Assembly: GCA_026129095.1 (NCBI GenBank) | Contig: JAHCIT010000001.1 | Span: forward strand, 372,245 to 436,244 | DNA: 64,000 nucleotides | Reading direction: 5' to 3' | Origin: Deltaproteobacteria bacterium | GTDB taxonomy: Bacteria; JAGRBM01; JAHCIT01 | Shown: positions 28,852 to 38,311 of the stretch, piece by piece | Layout of the letters: every line of letters begins with the position of its first letter | Numbering within the stretch: position 1 is the stretch's first letter | Made by a program: the position numbers and the translations under genes | The notes under the pieces: model-generated | Database searches by the model: none | What the model was told of the DNA's origin: nothing | The model's input: the letters and a program-made list of their open reading frames with translations, nothing else

Positions 28852-30237
28852 TTACCGCTGCAATTCCGCCGCCCTGGAGAGCAGATAGTCCCGAGTATTC
28901 CGGGCGGGATCGGTCAGCACCTCCTCAAGCAAAGCCCTGAGTGCTGCTCCCATCGCAGGGCCTGGTTCCAGTCCAAGCTTCCGGAGATCTTCCCCTCCTA
29001 TGGCAAGGTCATTGACCGACAGGGGAACCTCACGTGCTGTTTCTTCGCGGACCCTGCGTACCCAGCGTTCGCCCTCTGGGGAAGCGCGGTTTCCATCTTC
29101 CCCTGCGTTGGCATCTGAAAAGGAAACCACAACCTCCGCACGGGCAGCGACAAGTTCCACCAGCGGCTCCAGCTCGTTTCGGCCGGCGAGTGACATCCAG
29201 CGGCGGACTTCTGTACCAGTCGAATCCTGAAGACCGGGCCATCCTTCGGCGGCTTTAAGGGCCCGGGTCCAGCCAGCAAGCCGCGCCGGATCAGCTCCTG
29301 CGACCGACGCCTTGATCCGTCTGAGAAATGCGAGCGCGAATCTGTCCGAATCGGCAGCAATCAACTCTTTGCCCGGCCTGATACAGGCAGCAAGCACTCC
29401 CCATCGGAGCAGCGATGGCGCCCCGGATAATCGCGGGGTGAAACTCATCCAGCCCTTGATGCAACGCCCTCGTGACAGAAACACGTCCGCAATCTGCTCA
29501 CTCCAGGCAGGACCCAGCTCAGGAAGGACATGCTCGATAAGCCCTCCGCGTTCCAGCCAGTCAAAACCCTGTCCTGGCCGCTCACATGCGAGAAATTTGT
29601 CTATTTCTGCACTGATTCGCTCTCCAGGCAGATGGCGTACGAGATGACTATCCCGCCGCATATGACGAAGCGTGTCAGGCTCAATGGTAAAGCCAAGGCG
29701 CGCAGCAAACTGGGCTGCCCGAATAAGCCTTAGCGGATCGTCCTGAAACGACCTGTCATGAAGCAGCCTGAGTTCACGGCGCCCAAGATCCTGCAGGCCA
29801 TTATGAATATCAATAACAGGTCCCAACGTCCCCGTCTTGTCAACAATCTCGCAGGCGAACGCATTGATAGTGAAATCCCGGCGGCCGAGATCCTCCTCCA
29901 CCGGCAAATGAGGATCGGCATGAATCCAGAAGTCCCGGTGACCGGGTCCAGTAGAACGTTCTTTCCGCGGGAGTGCAAAATCGATTGTCTCCCGCTCTGT
30001 CGCCAGCTTGATGATACCAAACGATTTTCCGACCTCTTTCACCTGGCCAAATCCAGACAGGAGATTCTCCAGCGAACTCGGCGCCAGCCCGCAAACCATC
30101 AGATCCAGGTCCGTGACGCTCCGGCCAAGCAGGAGATCGCGGACCGGCCCCCCCACCAGATACACCCTCCCGCCAGCCCTGTGGATGGCATCCACAAACG
30201 GGACTGGGCGGTTCAGGGTGGAAGGAAATGGCTTCAT
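28852..30237 (-). CDS. cca: tRNA nucleotidyltransferase (CCA-adding, class II)
   Basis: GGPVRDLLLG..TDLD, RRDFTINA, DDPLR, ERISAE. Confidence 0.8.
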   Translation of the reverse strand: MKPFPSTLNRPVPFVDAIHRAGGRVYLVGGPVRDLLLGRSVTDLDLMVCGLAPSSLENLLSGFGQVKEVGKSFGIIKLATERETIDFALPRKERSTGPGHRDFWIHADPHLPVEEDLGRRDFTINAFACEIVDKTGTLGPVIDIHNGLQDLGRRELRLLHDRSFQDDPLRLIRAAQFAARLGFTIEPDTLRHMRRDSHLVRHLPGERISAEIDKFLACERPGQGFDWLERGGLIEHVLPELGPAWSEQIADVFLSRGRCIKGWMSFTPRLSGAPSLLRWGVLAACIRPGKELIAADSDRFALAFLRRIKASVAGADPARLAGWTRALKAAEGWPGLQDSTGTEVRRWMSLAGRNELEPLVELVAARAEVVVSFSDANAGEDGNRASPEGERWVRRVREETAREVPLSVNDLAIGGEDLRKLGLEPGPAMGAALRALLEEVLTDPARNTRDYLLSRAAELQR

Positions 30238-31091
30238 GGGATTTGCTGGGCCTCCACAGACATTTCGTCAGGAAGGTCGTCAGGCGAATCGTCTCGTAGC
30301 GCTTCCGACTCCATCGCCTCTTTTCCAACCGGATCGAGCGGATACTCGGCCTGAAGAATCGCGTCCATGAGGGTTCGGTCAGTCAGAACCTCGGCCAGCA
30401 ACGGATGAAGAATTGCCTTATGCCGCTCGCCGGCGGATGCAAGTCGCCTGGCATCAGGGTCAGCCGACAGTGCTTTCAGGCGCAAATCCTCCCATAACGG
30501 GTCGGTGAAGCCAGCGGCCCGGAGCCGGCGCATTCGGTCCGCATCGCCCAGAAATTCCAGCATTACCGATAGTGCAGAAACTTCCCGGTGCGAGTCAGTC
30601 ACGAGCAGATCCGGGTCGGCAAGGAAATTAAGTGGCCTGGTTAGGGCCACAAACAGTGAACTGGTAATCTGTTCAGGAAGGTGCGGGACACTGCGCTGGA
30701 AGCTCCGGGGTAACGCCGCAATAACAAACAGAAACATGACAGCCCAGAACCCGCCATCCAGGACACCAAGCGCCAACCCACGGACCTTGTCACGCTTGCG
30801 ATGCCCAGGCTCGCGGCCATGAAAAATCATTTCGCGAACGAGTATCCCGATCAGGTTTACGGTCAGGATAATAAAGAAAAAACTCAGAATGGTAAGGCCA
30901 TATACCCTTACTACTGGTGCGACACCTTCCCATGCTGGAAATATCCTCGCAGTCGCACGGCCAGCCCGGTAACAGCCAAAAAAGGCAAGCATGATGCCGA
31001 ACAACTTGACGACCTGGAATACAAACCCCCGCTGGTAGCCAAAGACAGCAAAAGCAAAGACAATCAGGGCAGCCAGTATATCAATCAGCAT
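30234..31091 (-). CDS. cvpA: CvpA family membrane protein with C-terminal extension
   Basis: IDI...GYQRGFV, DKVRGLALG, SS motif; about 4 TM helices. Confidence 0.7.
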   Translation of the reverse strand: MLIDILAALIVFAFAVFGYQRGFVFQVVKLFGIMLAFFGCYRAGRATARIFPAWEGVAPVVRVYGLTILSFFFIILTVNLIGILVREMIFHGREPGHRKRDKVRGLALGVLDGGFWAVMFLFVIAALPRSFQRSVPHLPEQITSSLFVALTRPLNFLADPDLLVTDSHREVSALSVMLEFLGDADRMRRLRAAGFTDPLWEDLRLKALSADPDARRLASAGERHKAILHPLLAEVLTDRTLMDAILQAEYPLDPVGKEAMESEALRDDSPDDLPDEMSVEAQQIP

Positions 31092-31092
31092 G

Positions 31093-33873
31093 CTAGCGGA
31101 CCCGCTCCGTCCGTGACTCCAGAAATAATGGCCGCAGATACTGGCCAGTAATAGACCGGGGCTCACGGGCAACCTGTTCAGGCGGGCCCTCGGCGACGAT
31201 TTCTCCTCCCGCTGTCCCTCCTTCAGGACCAAGATCGATGACCCAGTCGGCACGGGCAATCACATCCAGATTATGTTCGATTACGATAACAGTATGACCA
31301 TCATCCACCAGTCGCTGCAGCACCCGCAGGAGACGGGCCACATCGACACCATGGAGCCCGGTGGTCGGTTCATCCAGAATGTACAGCAGCTTCCCCTTCG
31401 GTGCAGCCGCCAGTTCACCCGCGATCTTGAGACGCTGCGCCTCACCACCCGACAACGTCGAGGATGACTGGCCAAGCCTGAGATAACCGAGCCCAACCGA
31501 TTCCAGCAGCATCAGTTTCCCACGGGTGGATGGTAGTCCGGGAAAGAGCGAAATCGCCTCGCTGACGGTGAGACCCAGCACATCGCTGATATTGTACGTC
31601 TTGTACCGGATACGGAGGACCTCTGGCTTGTAGCGGCGCCCATTACACGCTTCACAGGGAACTTCCACATCGGCGAGGAACTGCAGGTCGATGGTCTGGA
31701 TTCCTTCTCCGGAACAAACTGGGCAACGGCCACCTTCAACATTGAATGAAAAACTCGATGGCTTGAATCCGGCACGGCGCGAGTCCGGAAGCTGGGCAAA
31801 TAGTTCTCGAATCTCGTCGAATGCCTTGAGATAGGTGACCGGATTGGACCGGCTGGACCGGCCAAGAGGAGACTGGTCAATCAATGCAACACCGCGCAGG
31901 GCTTCCATACCACTCACCATGTCAAACTGGCCGATTGGTTCGGTTCCTTCGTTGAAAATCCGGCTCAACGCCCGGTAGAGGGTTTTTACAATGAGTGTTG
32001 TCTTTCCCGAGCCCGATACGCCGGTCACACAGATAAAATTGCCGAGCGGAATCCGGACAGTGAGATTACGCAGGTTGTTTTCCCTGGCCCCACCCAGCTT
32101 TACCCATCCACGGTTTTGATGCCTCTCCGCGGCGGGCGGAAGCCGTAAATCTCCATTGAGAACCCGCGCAGTCGGTGTATCTCCACGTTTTGATAGATCT
32201 CCAGGAGTTCCGCCGAATACCAATTTCCCGCCATTCCGGCCAGCACCCGGTCCCAGTTCCGCGACCCAGTCGGCAGAACGAATCACTTCACGATCATGCT
32301 CGACCACAACGACCGAATTCCCACGCTCCCTGAGGCGATGAAGAATACTGATCAAACGGGTTGTGTCACGTGGATGGAGTCCGATGGATGGTTCATCGAG
32401 CACATAAAGGGATCCTGTCAGTGCGTTACCGAGCTGGTTTGAAAGCAGAAGCCGCTGGTACTCGCCGCCCGACAATGTGCGCCCGAGGCGATCAAGTCCC
32501 AGATAACCCAGCCCCATTTCAGCCATGCACTCAAGCCGTTGCCGGACCTGGCGGACTGGCTCGGCAGCGATCTGCATTTGCACGGGAAGAAGTCTCAGCC
32601 CTGACAGCCATGAAATAGCCTGATCCACCGTCAGACGACAGAAATCCGCAATGCTCAGGCCTCCGATCTGAAACCTGAGCACTTCCGGCTGAAGCCTTGC
32701 CCCATTACACGCTTCACAGACCGACTGGCTCTGATAGCGGCGCAGGAATACCCGTACATGCAGCTTGTATTTCGACCGCTCGGTCGCCTTGAAAAACGGC
32801 AATACGCCTTCAAACTTCGGGGACCCTATGAAAATCTTGTCCCGCTGATCTTGAGAAAGCTCTTTCCAGGGTGTTCGTGCGCTGATTTTCGCCGACTTGC
32901 AGTAGGCCAGCAGTTCATCCTGCATATGGCGGAGGGATGGCTTGGTCCACGGTTCAATTGCTCCCTGGGAGATCGAAAGCTGTGGATTGGGAACAATCAG
33001 CTTCTCGTCATATGACAGAATGTTTCCGAAACCGTGGCACTCGGGACAAGCTCCCAGTGGTGAACTGAACGAAAATAGCGCCGGCGAGGGATCAAGAAAT
33101 ACTTCGCCCGAAACCGGATCATGCAGGATATTCCGGTACCGGCGAAGCCCTGTCTCATGCTCTACCTGAACCCAACAGCGCCCGCTACCTTGCTTGAACG
33201 CAGCTTCAACCGATTCGCTAATCCGACCCAGCGCATCCGGCTTGATAATGAGCCGGTCCGTGACGATCGCCAGTTCTTTCGCATCTTTCCAGCAAGACGG
33301 GGCGGACGGGTCTTCGATCTCGACAATCTTTCCGTCGGCCCAGAACCTGAGCCTGCCCGTGGCCAGCAGATCGGCCGGGCGGAACTGGGGACGTGGCTCG
33401 AACGTAACTGGCTCCAGAATAGCAAGCCGGGTTCCCTCAGGAAGCGTCATCAATTCCCGGCAAACCACAGCCGGATCATGACGGATCGCTTCGACCCCGG
33501 TGGATTCGTTAATAAGTTTCGATACTTTTGCCCACAAGAGCCTCAAGTAATCGTAGATTTCTGTCAGGGTAGACACAGTCGAACGGCTGTTGCGAACCGG
33601 ATTGCGTTGCTCAATTGCCAGCGCCGGCTGGACGTTCTCAATGAAATCAACATCGGGCTTGGGCATCCGCTCCAGGAACTGGCGGGCATAGGTCGACAGA
33701 CTTTCAATATACCGGCGCTGCCCTTCAGCATATAGAGTATCAAATGCGAGGGAACTCTTTCCACTTCCCGATGGTCCGGTAATAACCGTCATACGCTTCA
33801 GCGGGATATCAATATCAATCCCCTGGAGGTTATGCTGGCGGGCTCCCCGGATCCGGATGAAGTTCGTCGTCAT
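31093..33873 (-). CDS. uvrA: Excinuclease ABC subunit A
   Basis: IRGARQHNL, GPSGSGKSSLAFDT, LSGGE twice, GVSGSGKT, zinc-finger CxxC pairs. Confidence 0.96.
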   Translation of the reverse strand: MTTNFIRIRGARQHNLQGIDIDIPLKRMTVITGPSGSGKSSLAFDTLYAEGQRRYIESLSTYARQFLERMPKPDVDFIENVQPALAIEQRNPVRNSRSTVSTLTEIYDYLRLLWAKVSKLINESTGVEAIRHDPAVVCRELMTLPEGTRLAILEPVTFEPRPQFRPADLLATGRLRFWADGKIVEIEDPSAPSCWKDAKELAIVTDRLIIKPDALGRISESVEAAFKQGSGRCWVQVEHETGLRRYRNILHDPVSGEVFLDPSPALFSFSSPLGACPECHGFGNILSYDEKLIVPNPQLSISQGAIEPWTKPSLRHMQDELLAYCKSAKISARTPWKELSQDQRDKIFIGSPKFEGVLPFFKATERSKYKLHVRVFLRRYQSQSVCEACNGARLQPEVLRFQIGGLSIADFCRLTVDQAISWLSGLRLLPVQMQIAAEPVRQVRQRLECMAEMGLGYLGLDRLGRTLSGGEYQRLLLSNQLGNALTGSLYVLDEPSIGLHPRDTTRLISILHRLRERGNSVVVVEHDREVIRSADWVAELGPGAGRNGGKLVFGGTPGDLSKRGDTPTARVLNGDLRLPPAAERHQNRGWVKLGGARENNLRNLTVRIPLGNFICVTGVSGSGKTTLIVKTLYRALSRIFNEGTEPIGQFDMVSGMEALRGVALIDQSPLGRSSRSNPVTYLKAFDEIRELFAQLPDSRRAGFKPSSFSFNVEGGRCPVCSGEGIQTIDLQFLADVEVPCEACNGRRYKPEVLRIRYKTYNISDVLGLTVSEAISLFPGLPSTRGKLMLLESVGLGYLRLGQSSSTLSGGEAQRLKIAGELAAAPKGKLLYILDEPTTGLHGVDVARLLRVLQRLVDDGHTVIVIEHNLDVIARADWVIDLGPEGGTAGGEIVAEGPPEQVAREPRSITGQYLRPLFLESRTERVR

Positions 33874-33874
33874 C

Positions 33875-34663
33875 TCAGCGGTCCTGCCCGTCCCGAAGCA
33901 GCCGGTCAGCCGCTGAAAGATCCTCGGCGCCGGTCAGCTTGAGAAACACATGCTCCAGGTTCGCGTCTGGATCATTGGCCTTGCGGCGAATCTCCTCAAA
34001 AGTCCCAGTAGCAAGCAATTTTCCATGCTGGATGATCGACAGCCGGTGACAGAGTTCCTCGGCCACCTCCAGAGAGTGGGTGGACATGAAAATCGCCGCA
34101 CCCTCATCTGCCAACCGGTGAAATACCTTTTTGAGCAGCCGCGATCCTTTGGGATCCAGTCCTACGGTTGGTTCGTCCACGATCAGCAGTTTTGGCTTGT
34201 GTATCAGGGCACCCGAGAGCGCGATTCGCTGCTTCATGCCGTGCGAGAAACTCTCGACCAGGGCATCGGTCCAGTCCGTCAGCTCAAAAAAATCGAGGAG
34301 CTCCATCGTTCGCGCCCGGATTGTTTCGGGAGGCAGCCCGTAAATGCCGCCTACAAACCGGAGATATTCCCGGGCAGTTAGCTTTTCATAGATGAATGGC
34401 CGGTCAGGGAGAAAACCCGTTACCTGCTTGGCTGCTTCGGGCTCCTTGTCCATGTCATGTCCGCAGATAGTGATGCTGCCTTCAGTGGCCTTGAGCAGCC
34501 CGATCAGCATACGGATGGTTGTCGTTTTTCCCGCTCCATTCGGCCCCAGAAAGCCATAGATTTCTCCTGGCTGTACATCAAAATGGATACCATCCACCGC
34601 AACGAACCGGTCGTAGACCTTGGTCAGGCCGCGCACGTCGACACAGTGAGAAGGAGCTGCCAT
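33875..34663 (-). CDS. ABC transporter ATP-binding protein
   Basis: GPNGAGKT, FSHGMKQR, VDEPT, STH. Confidence 0.9.
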   Translation of the reverse strand: MAAPSHCVDVRGLTKVYDRFVAVDGIHFDVQPGEIYGFLGPNGAGKTTTIRMLIGLLKATEGSITICGHDMDKEPEAAKQVTGFLPDRPFIYEKLTAREYLRFVGGIYGLPPETIRARTMELLDFFELTDWTDALVESFSHGMKQRIALSGALIHKPKLLIVDEPTVGLDPKGSRLLKKVFHRLADEGAAIFMSTHSLEVAEELCHRLSIIQHGKLLATGTFEEIRRKANDPDANLEHVFLKLTGAEDLSAADRLLRDGQDR

Positions 34664-34667
34664 CCCC

Positions 34668-36269
34668 CTATTCGGCCTCCAGCAGTTCCAGCTTCAGCCG
34701 CCCAATAAGCCGGGAAATTTCCGACTGCCGGTCGGCTCCACCATCAATAAACTTTATGTGTGTGACATCCGCCGGAAACTGGTTGAACACGGCATCGGCC
34801 GTTATCCACCTGTCTCCAGTCCAGAAACTGACCCACGCGTGATAGTAGAACCGACCAGACTCCTCGAGATGCATCAGGCCTGCCTGCTGTTTGGTCGGTA
34901 TGCCCGCAGCCCTTCCAAGAGCTGTCAGCAGAACAGTATGCTCATTACAGTCGCCCTTGAGGCGATCCAGGACATCCAGTGCATTTGGAAGCGAAAACAC
35001 CGGTTGCTTGTCGACAGACCGGTATACCCATTCGATCAGACGCCGGGCAGCCATCACCGGATCAGCAAAGGCCCCCTTAGGACGGCGGCGGAATAATTCC
35101 AGAAACCCATCCACTCCGCCAATTTTTGAAGATGCATCGAGTCCGGTAATCCGCCGGGCCTCGGCAATAATCCGGGGATGATCGGAGGCGACCATCGGCT
35201 CCGGGAGAAGATATTCGGCCCATTCTCCGTTCGCTGGATAAGGCAGTTCATAGCCACCTTCTACCGGCAGGGTTTCCCTGACAATAGTGAGAACGTCTTC
35301 CGTGAACTCCTGCCGGGCGTCATCCAGGTCAAAGCCATCAAAATCGGCGCCCGATAACCGCACCCGAAGCCGCGTGAGCCTGTCCTGACGGCGAATAGGC
35401 TTACCCGCGCTGACTGACAGCGCTTCAGCAAAATCGGCCGGGTTCTCGGCGATACCTGAACGAGCCGTTTCGGCTGTCTCCCGTATCAGTACAAATCCAT
35501 CGCCAGTTTCTTCGCGCAGCGGGTTTCCATCCCGGCTTATCCAGGCGGTCGTCGTGATACCCAGCAGGGTCTGGCGAACCTGCCATGCAGGGACCAGATT
35601 GCCCAACACGTCAATGGTCCCTTCACCCAGAACCTCCAGCATAAGGGGCTGCCGGCTCTGGGTAGTTGAATCGAACACAACCAGCTTGTGGGTTTCACCT
35701 GCCCGAATCCCGGTGTGCCGGAGCCAGGGGTAAATCACCGATGGGGTGTAGACTGGTGGATCGCCAGCAGGCCTGGGGATGTCAACCATCTGTTCCGAGC
35801 GCGCTGAGCGAATAACCACTGCGATCCGGTCCGGATGGACAGAAGCTGTGTAGTCGAGATGCACGTCAGGCGCCCGCATGGAAAAATCGATCCGGTCAAG
35901 CGAGTAATCAGCCCGGATATGGCTCCGCTCGGCAATACTCACTTCGCGGGTTACATCCAGCATCTTCAGGCGAAACCAGCTTTCCGATTCCGATTTCCAG
36001 CCGCCACCTTCGCTTTCGAACACCGGAGCCAAAAGCTGACGGCCCCATCCGATTTTCTGCTCCCTGAAATAAATACCCCACCACTCGGCTTCCGGTGACT
36101 CTGGGGCTTTTGCAGATGTCTCACCCAATAATACCGGAGGGGACGCCAGCGCCTGAGCCGGGTCCAGTGTCCTGCCAAAGGAGGATTCCCGTTCGGTGCG
36201 ATGCTTGCCTGCAAGAAGCCCGAGCAAAGCCACGGCGGCGGCAATGCTCAGAATCCGGACAGCCTTCAT
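34668..36269 (-). CDS. Exported transglutaminase-like domain protein
   Basis: Signal/anchor sequence; catalytic triad motifs GDCNEH, YHAW, TAD. Confidence 0.85.
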   Translation of the reverse strand: MKAVRILSIAAAVALLGLLAGKHRTERESSFGRTLDPAQALASPPVLLGETSAKAPESPEAEWWGIYFREQKIGWGRQLLAPVFESEGGGWKSESESWFRLKMLDVTREVSIAERSHIRADYSLDRIDFSMRAPDVHLDYTASVHPDRIAVVIRSARSEQMVDIPRPAGDPPVYTPSVIYPWLRHTGIRAGETHKLVVFDSTTQSRQPLMLEVLGEGTIDVLGNLVPAWQVRQTLLGITTTAWISRDGNPLREETGDGFVLIRETAETARSGIAENPADFAEALSVSAGKPIRRQDRLTRLRVRLSGADFDGFDLDDARQEFTEDVLTIVRETLPVEGGYELPYPANGEWAEYLLPEPMVASDHPRIIAEARRITGLDASSKIGGVDGFLELFRRRPKGAFADPVMAARRLIEWVYRSVDKQPVFSLPNALDVLDRLKGDCNEHTVLLTALGRAAGIPTKQQAGLMHLEESGRFYYHAWVSFWTGDRWITADAVFNQFPADVTHIKFIDGGADRQSEISRLIGRLKLELLEAE

Positions 36270-36374
36270 CAGCGGCCACTCTTTCCGCCGTCAATATGCC
36301 CAAATGGTTTCATCCGGGAAGCGGCACAACCGGAGCAGACTGGCCGATAGCCGGATTAACTGCAACGAGAACGC

Positions 36375-38078
36375 TCAGTAGTAACCCGGGTCGCGGTACT
36401 CGCCGAATACTTCTTTCATGGTGCCGACGATTTCGCCCAAAGTCGCATAACTCCGCACGCAGTCAAGAATGGGAGGCATGACATTCTGATTGCCCTCACA
36501 CACCTTCTTGAGCCGCTTAAGTGTAGTTTGGACTGCGTTATTATCTCGGGCCTGCCTCAGGTCCCTGAGCGATTCCACCTGCTCACGCTCGATGGTTTCC
36601 GGAATATCGAGTATCTCTATTGGGCATTTCTCATCGTGCTGGACGTATTTCGTGACGCCGACAATGGTCTTTTCACCCTTTTCCACCTGCTCATGATACC
36701 GGAGTGCTGCCTTGTGTATTTCCTGCTGGGTGTAGCCTTTCTCAATGGCCGGAATCATTCCACCCATGGAATCCAGCCGTTCGACATAAGCCCATGCTTG
36801 TGACTCCATCTCGTCGGTCAGCGTTTCCACAAACCAGCTTCCTCCCAGTGGATCAATCGTATTGGTGACCCCCGTCTCCTCGGCAATGATCTGCTGGGTG
36901 CGGAGGGCGATAGTGACCGCCTGTTCGGTCGGCAACCCAAGTGTTTCATCCATTGAGTTGGTATGAAGCGACTGGGTGCCGCCAAGCACCCCCGCAAGCG
37001 CCTGCAGCGCCGTCCGGACAATGTTGTTATATGGTTGCTGGGCAGTCAGCGAGCAGCCAGCCGTTTGCGTATGAAACCGGAGCTGCATTGACCGCACATC
37101 CTTCGCTCCAAAACGTTCCTTCATTATCTTTGCCCACATACGGCGTGCGGCGCGCATTTTGGCAATTTCCTCGAAGAAATCCGAATGGGAGTTAAAAAAG
37201 AAACTGAGCCGCGGAGCGAAGCTGTCCACATCCAGTCCCGCCTCCACGCAGTGGCGGACATATTCCAGGCCATCGTAGAGCGTAAAGGCGAGCTCCTGCG
37301 CCGCCGTCGAACCTGCTTCGCGAATGTGGTAACCCGAAATAGAAATCGTGTTCCACTTGGGCACCGCTTCACGGCAAAATGTAATCATGTCGGTAACAAG
37401 GCGCATCGCAGGCCGCGGCGGAAATATCCATGTCTTTTGCGCAATGAACTCTTTAAGTACGTCGTTCTGGGTCGTCCCACCGAGTTTTGTCCACGGAACG
37501 CCCTGCTTTTCTGCCGCTGCCAGAAAAAATGAGAACACGATCGCCGCCGGAGCATTGGTCGTCATCGAAGTCGTTATATCCCCCATCGGAATACCGCTGA
37601 AAAGGGTTTCCATGTCGCGCAGGGAGTCCATCGCTACACCGCACTTGCCCACCTCGCCGGCCGAACGCGGATCATCCGAATCGAGCCCCATCAGCGTCGG
37701 GAGATGAAACGCTACCGACAGCCCCATCTGCCCGTTTTTCAAGAGGTAGTGGTATCGCTCATTTGTCTGGCTGGCAGTCCCGAAACCGGAAAATATGCGG
37801 GTAGTCCAGTTCTTTCCACGGTAACCGGATGGGTGAATTCCACGGGTATACGGAAACTGGCCGGGAAAACCCAGGTCGCGTTCGTAGTCACTGGAAGCCT
37901 GGTTCCAGGGCCCATACAACCGGTCAACCGGGACATCACTGAGCGTAGTAAATGGTACCGGCCGTTCCGGCATACGGTTCAGAGCTTCTCTTAGCTCAGT
38001 AACAGTCCAGGTTTCCTTTTTTTTCAAAAGTGCTTCGATAGCTTCGCGTGAGTAGCCAGACATTTCCGCCATCCTCAT
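36375..38078 (-). CDS. AdoCbl-dependent acyl-CoA mutase large subunit, isobutyryl-CoA mutase-like
   Basis: [47 protein letters not shown]; no C-terminal DxHxxG B12-binding domain. Confidence 0.9.
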   Translation of the reverse strand: MRMAEMSGYSREAIEALLKKKETWTVTELREALNRMPERPVPFTTLSDVPVDRLYGPWNQASSDYERDLGFPGQFPYTRGIHPSGYRGKNWTTRIFSGFGTASQTNERYHYLLKNGQMGLSVAFHLPTLMGLDSDDPRSAGEVGKCGVAMDSLRDMETLFSGIPMGDITTSMTTNAPAAIVFSFFLAAAEKQGVPWTKLGGTTQNDVLKEFIAQKTWIFPPRPAMRLVTDMITFCREAVPKWNTISISGYHIREAGSTAAQELAFTLYDGLEYVRHCVEAGLDVDSFAPRLSFFFNSHSDFFEEIAKMRAARRMWAKIMKERFGAKDVRSMQLRFHTQTAGCSLTAQQPYNNIVRTALQALAGVLGGTQSLHTNSMDETLGLPTEQAVTIALRTQQIIAEETGVTNTIDPLGGSWFVETLTDEMESQAWAYVERLDSMGGMIPAIEKGYTQQEIHKAALRYHEQVEKGEKTIVGVTKYVQHDEKCPIEILDIPETIEREQVESLRDLRQARDNNAVQTTLKRLKKVCEGNQNVMPPILDCVRSYATLGEIVGTMKEVFGEYRDPGYY

Positions 38079-38311
38079 CCGGCTGTGGAACAGCCATCAG
38101 CCCTAAAAACAGGGACTCACCAAGGTAATCAAGTCCATACCCCGCACGCAATGAGCAGAAATCAGCGCCCGCCGGATGATCTCCCGGACCAAAACAGGAA
38201 AAACCACGCGCCGAAATCGGTTCAGCCTTTATTGCCGCCGTGACACGGCGCAGCTAAAGGACAGGGTAACCTGTGAAAGGATATCCGGCTTGTTCTTTTT
38301 CCGTCGTGCCG

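Noticed and set aside
28852-30237. Possible CC-only adding enzyme or poly(A) polymerase
   Set aside because: The flexible loop (RKERSTGPGHRDF) is retained and no PAP-specific signature is evident, so a standard CCA call is simplest; A-adding specificity cannot be excluded by eye.
38016-38024. A8 run with an in-frame A_AAA_AAG slippery heptamer early in the mutase gene
   Set aside because: The reading frame is intact and I saw no convincing stimulatory structure or useful -1 product; probably just KKK codons.
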